Made by a program: the position numbers and the translations under genes
The notes under the pieces: generated by a model
Told to the model about the DNA's origin: nothing
The model's database searches: none
The model's input: the letters and a program-made list of their open reading frames with translations, nothing else
In this document: one piece after another, positions 16,105 through 25,997 of the stretch
Layout: every line of letters starts with the position of its first letter
Position numbering within the stretch: the stretch's first letter is position 1
NCBI GenBank assembly: GCA_964016885.1
Contig: OZ024749.1
Coordinates: 26,412,001-26,476,000, forward strand
DNA length: 64,000 bases
Source of the DNA: Eledone cirrhosa
Lineage: Eukaryota
Reading direction: 5' to 3'

Positions 16105-19100
16105 ATGTTCTGTTGTCTACGAAAAACCATAACATCTCGACAACTACACTTCATAAAACTGTGCACCACTTCTAGAATCTACACCAACACCATCAATACC
16201 GACGTTAGAAGATTACAACTCACCAAAAAACAAGCAGATAGGCTAAAACGAACTTTAATTCTAAACATAAAAAAGAAGATCTATAGAGAATTAAGTCATC
16301 AAGAAAAACTAAAGCGTAACCTAATAGATGAAATATCTAAAATCACCACACCAGCAGAAAAACTAACATTTATAAGCCTTATACGCCCCGAAGAACAGTA
16401 CATTACTCAAGAATGTAATAAGCACTTTAACAGAAAATTAAAGTGGCTTAAACAGGCAAAGCTAAATCGGGATACTATAGAGTATACCAATAGATATCCC
16501 GACAAAATTGACGGTATCAACATGGCCGACACCTCATTATCTGAAGAGTTCAACAATAAAAATACCAACATTTATGGAAACACGAAAATAGATAATAATG
16601 AAATGTCTGTGTTACGTCTGCCACCCAAATTTGCGACATTCAAGAAGGTAAATATGATTAGTTGTCTGTCAGAAATAGAAAAATCATTTACGAAACTACG
16701 CTGGAGCATCAAAAACAAAAACAAAAGCAACAATATACGCACACACATATACAACACACATCCCAACAACAACAGACACACAGACACAAACAACAATAAC
16801 AACAACAATAGCAACATACCCAGATACAATACCAACAATAGCAACATACCCAGATACAACAGACACGCAGACACAAACAACAATAACAACACACACGGAG
16901 ACAACAATAACAACAACACACACATCAACAACAACAACAACAGCAACATACCCAGATACAACAACAACAGACACGCAAACACAAACAACAATAACAACAC
17001 ACACAACAACGATAACACACACACACACGGAGACAACAACACACATCAACAACAACACACATCAACAACAACAACACACACACATTCAATGCCTCTCACC
17101 ACCACTACAATCTTAACAAACACACAGACACAGAAAACAAGTAATGACAGTAGCACAGAAATCAGAGAAATAAGAGAAAGTAATAGGATTAAAAGGAGTA
17201 GGGAGACTAAGGACAAAGAGAATAACCAAGACGAACACACAGACACACAAAATAGGGTAGATAACAACATTGAGCCAGTGGAAAGAGACAGGAGTAATTA
17301 TGAGAGACATAGAAACAACCATGAAGCTGAGGCTGCTGCTGTTGGTGGAAATAGAAACAACACAACTAACAATAGCGCAAGTACACATAAAGCAGCAGCC
17401 TGGAACTCTCCGTTTTATAATCCCTCCGATAAATCATTCGACCTACGACGAGTCCACGCCACGACTTTGCCATTTAACAAACGCACGCAGTTGCCGTCGC
17501 AGGTCGATGAACAAACAGAAGCACAATTTAGTATAGCTAAATCCGAACTTAGAAATATTATAGAACAGTATAGCAAGAAGCATAATAGAATAGAGGCCCA
17601 GCAACTGGGAGAAGAATCTGCAAATGGCTTGCGTAAGCTCATGCAGCGCTCGCGTAATGGAGAGATAGCATGCTTTCCAACAGACAAGTCTGGCAGAATG
17701 TCGGTTGACAGCCTGCCAAACTACATCCAGGCAATGCAACCCCACATCACTAACACAAGAGAGGTAACACCACAGGAGCATGAGGACAGAGAAAAAACCC
17801 TCAATGCCCATATGGTGATGTGGACAAATATAATGCAGCCCAACAAAAGGACTGCCAACAACTTCCAGGCCTGGAACAATGACGTGCCGGCGTTGTATGG
17901 GCTTCGAAAGGACCATAAAACGGGCTGGGACCCTGTCGCGGGACCACCAACACGGCCAGTCTGTGGGGCTAACATTGCTAGTAACTACAGACTGTCCTAC
18001 TTCCTCTCCCTGATCATACGCCCCATCATTGAGATGTCCCCAGATGTGTGTGACAGCACGGAGGACCTCCTCAGCAGAATCGACGCGGGTAACCGATCTG
18101 GGGACCTAACAAACTGCATAATAGGCAGTATGGATGTTGTGTCCCTGTATCCATCTATTGACGTGGATTTTGCTGTGGAGAAATGCGTCGAAATGATCAG
18201 CGAGAGCAAGGTTGAGTTCCGTGGGATTGATACCAGTGAGCTGGGACTTCTACTTAAGCTTACCCATAGTAATAGTTACCTAGACACTTATAACCTTAGC
18301 AACCTGTGCCCTACAAGACCAGCAAGAGGCAGACCACCTACCATTACCTCAATGGCCAAGAAAACCCACACAGATAGATGGAACGGGTGGACCAGAGCCA
18401 TACGGACACCCGAAAACCACGATGAACTGAAGAAAATGATTGCACATGCGGTAGGGGCCAGCATAAAATTAACCCTTAAGGAACATATGTTCAAATTTAA
18501 TGGTAAAACATATGCCCAAGCGGAAGGAGCAGCCATTGGTGTTAGCATTGCAGGCGACATAGCTAACTTGTTCATGGTATGGTGGGACAGTAGACTTAAA
18601 CAAAAACTTAAAGAACAATTAGAAGACAGATTAACCCTGATAATGTACTCCCGCTACGTAGATGATATAAACATCGTAGTTAAGACACCCCCACTAAAGA
18701 ACAGTCAGGAACCTGAGAAAAACACAATGGAAAGCATCCAGCAAATAGCAAACTCCATCCACCAGAGCATTAGAGTTACTATAGACTACCCAAGTAGACA
18801 CCCCAACCATCGATTACCTGTACTAGACACAGAGCTCTGGTTAGATACTATTAACAACCAAAAACAAATCCTCCATTCCCATTATGCCAAACCCATGACT
18901 TCCAAACATCTGATCCACCGAAACTCGGCCATTTCGGACCATACCAAAATCAACATACTGATTGCGGATTTGATACGGGTGATGAGAAATGTGTCCCGCA
19001 TGTGCAACCCCGAAGAACTAGAGAGACACATACAACACTTCATCCACCGTATGCAGTTCTCTGGCTACAATCAGAGAGATAGAATCAGAGTGTATAAAGG

Positions 19101-19785
19101 AGCCAGAACCAAATGGGAAAAAATGGTAAATAATGACATAAATGGGACCTGCCCCTTGTATAGGAGCAAATTTTGGAATAGAATAGAAAGAACTAAGAAC
19201 AAGGCCAATAGAATAAACTCATGGTATGATAGCAATAAATACCAGAGTGTAATGTTCATCAATACAACCCCTAGAGGTGAACTAGCCTACAAATTTAGAA
19301 GGGCCCTAAAGAAACATAATCTCAATATTAAGATAGTAGAAAGACCTGGTACCTCCGTAAAAACACTTATTAGCAAGACATACCCGTTCCAAAGACCCTC
19401 ATGTATAGATAAGAAATGTATAACCTGTAAAATAAGCCCCCATATTAACTGTAAAACTAGAAATGTAGTATATAGCATAAGATGTACTGAGGGACAATGT
19501 AGAAACAAAAATATAGTGTACATAGGTGAGACAGCTCGTAGTATAGGGGAACGAATAAATGAACACTGGCGAGACCTCCAAGATACTAAAGAATCATCTG
19601 TGCTCTACCAACATGCTAAGATAGAACACAGGGGTAAATTAGAGAGCATAGAAATAAAAATAGAATCCACACACAAGAAAGACGCAATGTTTAGGCAAAT
19701 TACAGAGGCAGTAAGCATAAAAGAATTAAAACCAAAATTAAATAGAAAATATGAGTGGAACAGCAACATCACAACTTACAATTAA
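16105..19785 (+). CDS. PLE reverse transcriptase + GIY-YIG endonuclease, unit 1 (frame open from 15985; upstream ATG lost)
   Basis: PTDKSG, TRPVCG, GSMDVVSLYPSI, GAAIG, YSRYVDD, LPVLD, Cys-rich linker, NVVY..YIGET.RS..ER..EH, RQITEA..I...KPKLN. Confidence 0.93.
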   Translation: MFCCLRKTITSRQLHFIKLCTTSRIYTNTINTDVRRLQLTKKQADRLKRTLILNIKKKIYRELSHQEKLKRNLIDEISKITTPAEKLTFISLIRPEEQYITQECNKHFNRKLKWLKQAKLNRDTIEYTNRYPDKIDGINMADTSLSEEFNNKNTNIYGNTKIDNNEMSVLRLPPKFATFKKVNMISCLSEIEKSFTKLRWSIKNKNKSNNIRTHIYNTHPNNNRHTDTNNNNNNNSNIPRYNTNNSNIPRYNRHADTNNNNNTHGDNNNNNTHINNNNNSNIPRYNNNRHANTNNNNNTHNNDNTHTHGDNNTHQQQHTSTTTTHTHSMPLTTTTILTNTQTQKTSNDSSTEIREIRESNRIKRSRETKDKENNQDEHTDTQNRVDNNIEPVERDRSNYERHRNNHEAEAAAVGGNRNNTTNNSASTHKAAAWNSPFYNPSDKSFDLRRVHATTLPFNKRTQLPSQVDEQTEAQFSIAKSELRNIIEQYSKKHNRIEAQQLGEESANGLRKLMQRSRNGEIACFPTDKSGRMSVDSLPNYIQAMQPHITNTREVTPQEHEDREKTLNAHMVMWTNIMQPNKRTANNFQAWNNDVPALYGLRKDHKTGWDPVAGPPTRPVCGANIASNYRLSYFLSLIIRPIIEMSPDVCDSTEDLLSRIDAGNRSGDLTNCIIGSMDVVSLYPSIDVDFAVEKCVEMISESKVEFRGIDTSELGLLLKLTHSNSYLDTYNLSNLCPTRPARGRPPTITSMAKKTHTDRWNGWTRAIRTPENHDELKKMIAHAVGASIKLTLKEHMFKFNGKTYAQAEGAAIGVSIAGDIANLFMVWWDSRLKQKLKEQLEDRLTLIMYSRYVDDINIVVKTPPLKNSQEPEKNTMESIQQIANSIHQSIRVTIDYPSRHPNHRLPVLDTELWLDTINNQKQILHSHYAKPMTSKHLIHRNSAISDHTKINILIADLIRVMRNVSRMCNPEELERHIQHFIHRMQFSGYNQRDRIRVYKGARTKWEKMVNNDINGTCPLYRSKFWNRIERTKNKANRINSWYDSNKYQSVMFINTTPRGELAYKFRRALKKHNLNIKIVERPGTSVKTLISKTYPFQRPSCIDKKCITCKISPHINCKTRNVVYSIRCTEGQCRNKNIVYIGETARSIGERINEHWRDLQDTKESSVLYQHAKIEHRGKLESIEIKIESTHKKDAMFRQITEAVSIKELKPKLNRKYEWNSNITTYN

Positions 19786-20079
19786 GGACAAAATGAAAAC
19801 ACACACACATATATAAACAACTTACAATTGAAAACACACACAAAATGAAAACACACACAAGACAAAATGAAAACACACACACACATAGAACAAACAACCA
19901 ACCAACAATAAATAAATAAATAAACAAACAAATATAAATAGAAAAATAGAAAAATGAACACAAACACACACAGACACCCGGATGTGGCGCATGCGCAAAC
20001 TGAGCACGCAACCCACACACAAACAAAATGGCGTAGGATAGAAGAAAGGAAAGGCACAGAAACGAAGAAAGAAATCCCC

Positions 20080-20124
20080 AGTCACTGAAGAGGTCACAGA
20101 GTGTGTGACGAAAGAACTATGACT
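20080..20124 (+). ncRNA. Minimal type I hammerhead ribozyme, family A pLTR
   Basis: AGUCA-CUGAAGA-G-GUCACA GAGUG UGUGAC-GAAA-GAAC-UA-UGACU; 5-bp stem I, 6-bp stem II, 1-bp stem III. Confidence 0.88.
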
Positions 20125-20257
20125 ATATATATATAAACAACTATCTGGTTGTGGAACCAACCAACCAACCAGAAATTTATAAATTTGTAAATTTATAAAT
20201 ATATATTAAATTAAATTGAAGTGAAAGCAACTGGTGCGTGTGTTTCTTATTGGCAAC

Positions 20258-23200
20258 ATGACCCTCCCAAAGTATAACAATATCGGTTTCAACACACGAT
20301 TTCAGATAAAGAATCTTGCTAAACAAATTCAGAAACGAAATATCGTAAGCCTTAGCCAGGCTAACAAGATACTGAAAACCACCATGTTCTGTTGTCTACG
20401 AAAAACCATAACATCTCGACAACTACACTTCATAAAACTGTGCACCACTTCTAGAATCTACACCAACACCATCAATACCGACGTTAGAAGATTACAACTC
20501 ACCAAAAAACAAGCAGATAGGCTAAAACGAACTTTAATTCTAAACATAAAAAAGAAGATCTATAGAGAATTAAGTCATCAAGAAAAACTAAAGCGTAACC
20601 TAATAGATGAAATATCTAAAATCACCACACCAGCAGAAAAACTAACATTTATAAGCCTTATACGCCCCGAAGAACAGTACATTACTCAAGAATGTAATAA
20701 GCACTTTAACAGAAAATTAAAGTGGCTTAAACAGGCAAAGCTAAATCGGGATACTATAGAGTATACCAATAGATATCCCGACAAAATTGACGGTATCAAC
20801 ATGGCCGACACCTCATTATCTGAAGAGTTCAACAATAAAAATACCAACATTTATGGAAACACGAAAATAGATAATAATGAAATGTCTGTGTTACGTCTGC
20901 CACCCAAATTTGCGACATTCAAGAAGGTAAATATGATTAGTTGTCTGTCAGAAATAGAAAAATCATTTACGAAACTACGCTGGAGCATCAAAAACAAAAA
21001 CAAAAGCAACAATATACGCACACACATATACAACACACATCCCAACAACAACAGACACACAGACACAAACAACAATAACAACAACAATAGCAACATACCC
21101 AGATACAATACCAACAATAGCAACATACCCAGATACAACAGACACGCAGACACAAACAACAATAACAACACACACGGAGACAACAATAACAACAACACAC
21201 ACATCAACAACAACAACAACAGCAACATACCCAGATACAACAACAACAGACACGCAAACACAAACAACAATAACAACACACACAACAACGATAACACACA
21301 CACACACGGAGACAACAACACACATCAACAACAACACACATCAACAACAACAACACACACACATTCAATGCCTCTCACCACCACTACAATCTTAACAAAC
21401 ACACAGACACAGAAAACAAGTAATGACAGTAGCACAGAAATCAGAGAAATAAGAGAAAGTAATAGGATTAAAAGGAGTAGGGAGACTAAGGACAAAGAGA
21501 ATAACCAAGACGAACACACAGACACACAAAATAGGGTAGATAACAACATTGAGCCAGTGGAAAGAGACAGGAGTAATTATGAGAGACATAGAAACAACCA
21601 TGAAGCTGAGGCTGCTGCTGTTGGTGGAAATAGAAACAACACAACTAACAATAGCGCAAGTACACATAAAGCAGCAGCCTGGAACTCTCCGTTTTATAAT
21701 CCCTCCGATAAATCATTCGACCTACGACGAGTCCACGCCACGACTTTGCCATTTAACAAACGCACGCAGTTGCCGTCGCAGGTCGATGAACAAACAGAAG
21801 CACAATTTAGTATAGCTAAATCCGAACTTAGAAATATTATAGAACAGTATAGCAAGAAGCATAATAGAATAGAGGCCCAGCAACTGGGAGAAGAATCTGC
21901 AAATGGCTTGCGTAAGCTCATGCAGCGCTCGCGTAATGGAGAGATAGCATGCTTTCCAACAGACAAGTCTGGCAGAATGTCGGTTGACAGCCTGCCAAAC
22001 TACATCCAGGCAATGCAACCCCACATCACTAACACAAGAGAGGTAACACCACAGGAGCATGAGGACAGAGAAAAAACCCTCAATGCCCATATGGTGATGT
22101 GGACAAATATAATGCAGCCCAACAAAAGGACTGCCAACAACTTCCAGGCCTGGAACAATGACGTGCCGGCGTTGTATGGGCTTCGAAAGGACCATAAAAC
22201 GGGCTGGGACCCTGTCGCGGGACCACCAACACGGCCAGTCTGTGGGGCTAACATTGCTAGTAACTACAGACTGTCCTACTTCCTCTCCCTGATCATACGC
22301 CCCATCATTGAGATGTCCCCAGATGTGTGTGACAGCACGGAGGACCTCCTCAGCAGAATCGACGCGGGTAACCGATCTGGGGACCTAACAAACTGCATAA
22401 TAGGCAGTATGGATGTTGTGTCCCTGTATCCATCTATTGACGTGGATTTTGCTGTGGAGAAATGCGTCGAAATGATCAGCGAGAGCAAGGTTGAGTTCCG
22501 TGGGATTGATACCAGTGAGCTGGGACTTCTACTTAAGCTTACCCATAGTAATAGTTACCTAGACACTTATAACCTTAGCAACCTGTGCCCTACAAGACCA
22601 GCAAGAGGCAGACCACCTACCATTACCTCAATGGCCAAGAAAACCCACACAGATAGATGGAACGGGTGGACCAGAGCCATACGGACACCCGAAAACCACG
22701 ATGAACTGAAGAAAATGATTGCACATGCGGTAGGGGCCAGCATAAAATTAACCCTTAAGGAACATATGTTCAAATTTAATGGTAAAACATATGCCCAAGA
22801 GGAAGGAGCAGCCATTGGTGTTAGCATTGCAGGCGACATAGCTAACTTGTTCATGGTATGGTGGGACAGTAGACTTAAACAAAAACTTAAAGAACAATTA
22901 GAAGACAGATTAACCCTGATAATGTACTCCCGCTACGTAGATGATATAAACATCGTAGTTAAGACACCCCCACTAAAGAACAGTCAGGAACCTGAGAAAA
23001 ACACAATGGAAAGCATCCAGCAAATAGCAAACTCCATCCACCAGAGCATTAGAGTTACTATAGACTACCCAAGTAGACACCCCAACCATCGATTACCTGT
23101 ACTAGACACAGAGCTCTGGTTAGATACTATTAACAACCAAAAACAAATCCTCCATTCCCATTATGCCAAACCCATGACTTCCAAACATCTGATCCACCGA

Positions 23201-24064
23201 AACTCGGCCATTTCGGACCATACCAAAATCAACATACTGATTGCGGATTTGATACGGGTGATGAGAAATGTGTCCCGCATGTGCAACCCCGAAGAACTAG
23301 AGAGACACATACAACACTTCATCCACCGTATGCAGTTCTCTGGCTACAATCAGAGAGATAGAATCAGAGTGTATAAAGGAGCCAGAACCAAATGGGAAAA
23401 AATGGTAAATAATGACATAAATGGGACCTGCCCCTTGTATAGGAGCAAATTTTGGAATAGAATAGAAAGAACTAAGAACAAGGCCAATAGAATAAACTCA
23501 TGGTATGATAGCAATAAATACCAGAGTGTAATGTTCATCAATACAACCCCTAGAGGTGAACTAGCCTACAAATTTAGAAGGGCCCTAAAGAAACATAATC
23601 TCAATATTAAGATAGTAGAAAGACCTGGTACCTCCGTAAAAACACTTATTAGCAAGACATACCCGTTCCAAAGACCCTCATGTATAGATAAGAAATGTAT
23701 AACCTGTAAAATAAGCCCCCATATTAACTGTAAAACTAGAAATGTAGTATATAGCATAAGATGTACTGAGGGACAATGTAGAAACAAAAATATAGTGTAC
23801 ATAGGTGAGACAGCTCGTAGTATAGGGGAACGAATAAATGAACACTGGCGAGACCTCCAAGATACTAAAGAATCATCTGTGCTCTACCAACATGCTAAGA
23901 TAGAACACAGGGGTAAATTAGAGAGCATAGAAATAAAAATAGAATCCACACACAAGAAAGACGCAATGTTTAGGCAAATTACAGAGGCAGTAAGCATAAA
24001 AGAATTAAAACCAAAATTAAATAGAAAATATGAGTGGAACAGCAACATCACAACTTACAATTAA
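20258..24064 (+). CDS. Full-length PLE RT-GIY-YIG protein, unit 2 (1268 aa from first ATG)
   Basis: Uninterrupted ORF with all motifs above; ATG supplied by the upstream unit's pLTR. Confidence 0.95.
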   Translation: MTLPKYNNIGFNTRFQIKNLAKQIQKRNIVSLSQANKILKTTMFCCLRKTITSRQLHFIKLCTTSRIYTNTINTDVRRLQLTKKQADRLKRTLILNIKKKIYRELSHQEKLKRNLIDEISKITTPAEKLTFISLIRPEEQYITQECNKHFNRKLKWLKQAKLNRDTIEYTNRYPDKIDGINMADTSLSEEFNNKNTNIYGNTKIDNNEMSVLRLPPKFATFKKVNMISCLSEIEKSFTKLRWSIKNKNKSNNIRTHIYNTHPNNNRHTDTNNNNNNNSNIPRYNTNNSNIPRYNRHADTNNNNNTHGDNNNNNTHINNNNNSNIPRYNNNRHANTNNNNNTHNNDNTHTHGDNNTHQQQHTSTTTTHTHSMPLTTTTILTNTQTQKTSNDSSTEIREIRESNRIKRSRETKDKENNQDEHTDTQNRVDNNIEPVERDRSNYERHRNNHEAEAAAVGGNRNNTTNNSASTHKAAAWNSPFYNPSDKSFDLRRVHATTLPFNKRTQLPSQVDEQTEAQFSIAKSELRNIIEQYSKKHNRIEAQQLGEESANGLRKLMQRSRNGEIACFPTDKSGRMSVDSLPNYIQAMQPHITNTREVTPQEHEDREKTLNAHMVMWTNIMQPNKRTANNFQAWNNDVPALYGLRKDHKTGWDPVAGPPTRPVCGANIASNYRLSYFLSLIIRPIIEMSPDVCDSTEDLLSRIDAGNRSGDLTNCIIGSMDVVSLYPSIDVDFAVEKCVEMISESKVEFRGIDTSELGLLLKLTHSNSYLDTYNLSNLCPTRPARGRPPTITSMAKKTHTDRWNGWTRAIRTPENHDELKKMIAHAVGASIKLTLKEHMFKFNGKTYAQEEGAAIGVSIAGDIANLFMVWWDSRLKQKLKEQLEDRLTLIMYSRYVDDINIVVKTPPLKNSQEPEKNTMESIQQIANSIHQSIRVTIDYPSRHPNHRLPVLDTELWLDTINNQKQILHSHYAKPMTSKHLIHRNSAISDHTKINILIADLIRVMRNVSRMCNPEELERHIQHFIHRMQFSGYNQRDRIRVYKGARTKWEKMVNNDINGTCPLYRSKFWNRIERTKNKANRINSWYDSNKYQSVMFINTTPRGELAYKFRRALKKHNLNIKIVERPGTSVKTLISKTYPFQRPSCIDKKCITCKISPHINCKTRNVVYSIRCTEGQCRNKNIVYIGETARSIGERINEHWRDLQDTKESSVLYQHAKIEHRGKLESIEIKIESTHKKDAMFRQITEAVSIKELKPKLNRKYEWNSNITTYN

Positions 24065-24358
24065 GGACAAAATGAAAACACACACACATATATAAACAAC
24101 TTACAATTGAAAACACACACAAAATGAAAACACACACAAGACAAAATGAAAACACACACACACATAGAACAAACAACCAACCAACAATAAATAAATAAAT
24201 AAACAAACAAATATAAATAGAAAAATAGAAAAATGAACACAAACACACACAGACACCCGGATGTGGCGCATGCGCAAACTGAGCACGCAACCCACACACA
24301 AACAAAATGGCGTAGGATAGAAGAAAGGAAAGGCACAGAAACGAAGAAAGAAATCCCC

Positions 24359-24403
24359 AGTCACTGAAGAGGTCACAGAGTGTGTGACGAAAGAACTATG
24401 ACT
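24359..24403 (+). ncRNA. Minimal hammerhead ribozyme, family A pLTR
   Basis: Identical to 20080-20124. Confidence 0.88.
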
Positions 24404-24556
24404 ATATATATATAAACAACTATCTGGTTGTGGAACCAACCAACCAACCAGAAATTTATAAATTTGTAAATTTATAAATATATATTAAATTAAATTGAAG
24501 TGAAAGCAACTGGTGCGTGTGTTTCTTATTGGCAACATGACCCTCCCAAAGTATAA

Positions 24557-24603
<47 letters not shown>

Positions 24604-24623
24604 ATATATATATATATATAATA

Positions 24624-24658
<35 letters not shown>

Positions 24659-24700
24659 ATATATATATATATATATATATGATATATATATATATATATA

Positions 24701-24737
<37 letters not shown>

Positions 24738-24741
<4 letters not shown>

Positions 24742-25287
24742 CTGATATAAATTAATATTTGATGAACATTTACATGTTTTAGTTGCAATTGACTAATAAG
24801 ATCGCTAGAGTGAAAAATCTTAATTCAACAACATAAAGTCTGCCTGTACGATCTAAAAATTAATAAATCAATACTCACAGACTCATATGGGCAAAAAGCC
24901 TTGGTACCTAGACACGTTTAAAATTCAAAATACAAACTTTTTCCGCAGATCGGTCACAACTTCAAACTTCAAACATGTTTCACAAAGGATGGTATAATAG
25001 TAAAATAATTAACTAATTAGCAGTGAGTTAATCAACTTTTTCTGTGTTTATCAATAGGTACCCAGATAAAATAAAATAACTCTACCTCAGAAAAATATCT
25101 AAGGTCTGGTTAGCGTAGCGAAAATACACGAGGTTTTGCACACGGCTTATTCCAGTCCTCTAACGTCCCACACATAGTGCTAGAAATAACAGCCGTTTAT
25201 ATGGGATTACAAAATTCAGCTCACCTGGGGGGAGCAGTGATAAATAGCTTAGAGTTTAGACTCAATGGGGTCATTTATAATCTGATA
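24738..25287. other. 540-bp non-coding island in (TA)n bounded by tataatctgatata at both ends (X2)
   Basis: taatctgata at 24738 and 25278; no credible ORF; shares ctagaaata.cag and atgggg(g)tcatt words with X1. Confidence 0.5.
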
Positions 25288-25306
25288 TATATATATATAT
25301 ATATAA

Positions 25307-25379
<73 letters not shown>

Positions 25380-25467
25380 CTGATATATATATGATATATA
25401 TATATATATATATAATATGATATATATATATATATATAATATGATATATATATATATATATATAATA

Positions 25468-25506
<39 letters not shown>

Positions 25507-25663
25507 GATACATATATATATATATAATATGATACATATATATATATATATATATATATAATATGATACATATATATATATATATATATAATATGATACA
25601 TATATATATATATATATATATATAATATGATACATATATATATATATATATATATATAATATG

Positions 25664-25735
<72 letters not shown>

Positions 25736-25770
25736 GATACATATATATATATATATATATATATAATATG

Positions 25771-25809
<39 letters not shown>

Positions 25810-25997
25810 GATACATATATATATATATATATATAATATGATACATATATATATATATATATATAATATGATATATATATATAATATGATATATATATAT
25901 ATATATAATATGATATATATATATATAATATGATATATATATATATATATAATATGATATATATATATATATATAATATGATATATATATATATATA

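Larger units (their letters stand above)
13891..24557. mobile_element. Young Penelope-like element insertion (family A, Naiad-like): inverted 3' copy + two tandem 4279-bp units, inserted in (TA)n
   Basis: 13891-15984 is the reverse complement of 18247-20340; units 15985-20263 and 20264-24542 plus 15 bp; RT + GIY-YIG ORF; hammerhead in each pLTR; TA arrays with the same TAATATGA/TAATCTGA interruptions on both sides. Confidence 0.97.

Noticed and set aside
13891-24557. Telomerase, group II intron, retron or LTR retrotransposon interpretation
   Set aside because: RT fused to C-terminal GIY-YIG with hammerhead pLTRs and no gag/integrase/RNase H is diagnostic of a PLE.
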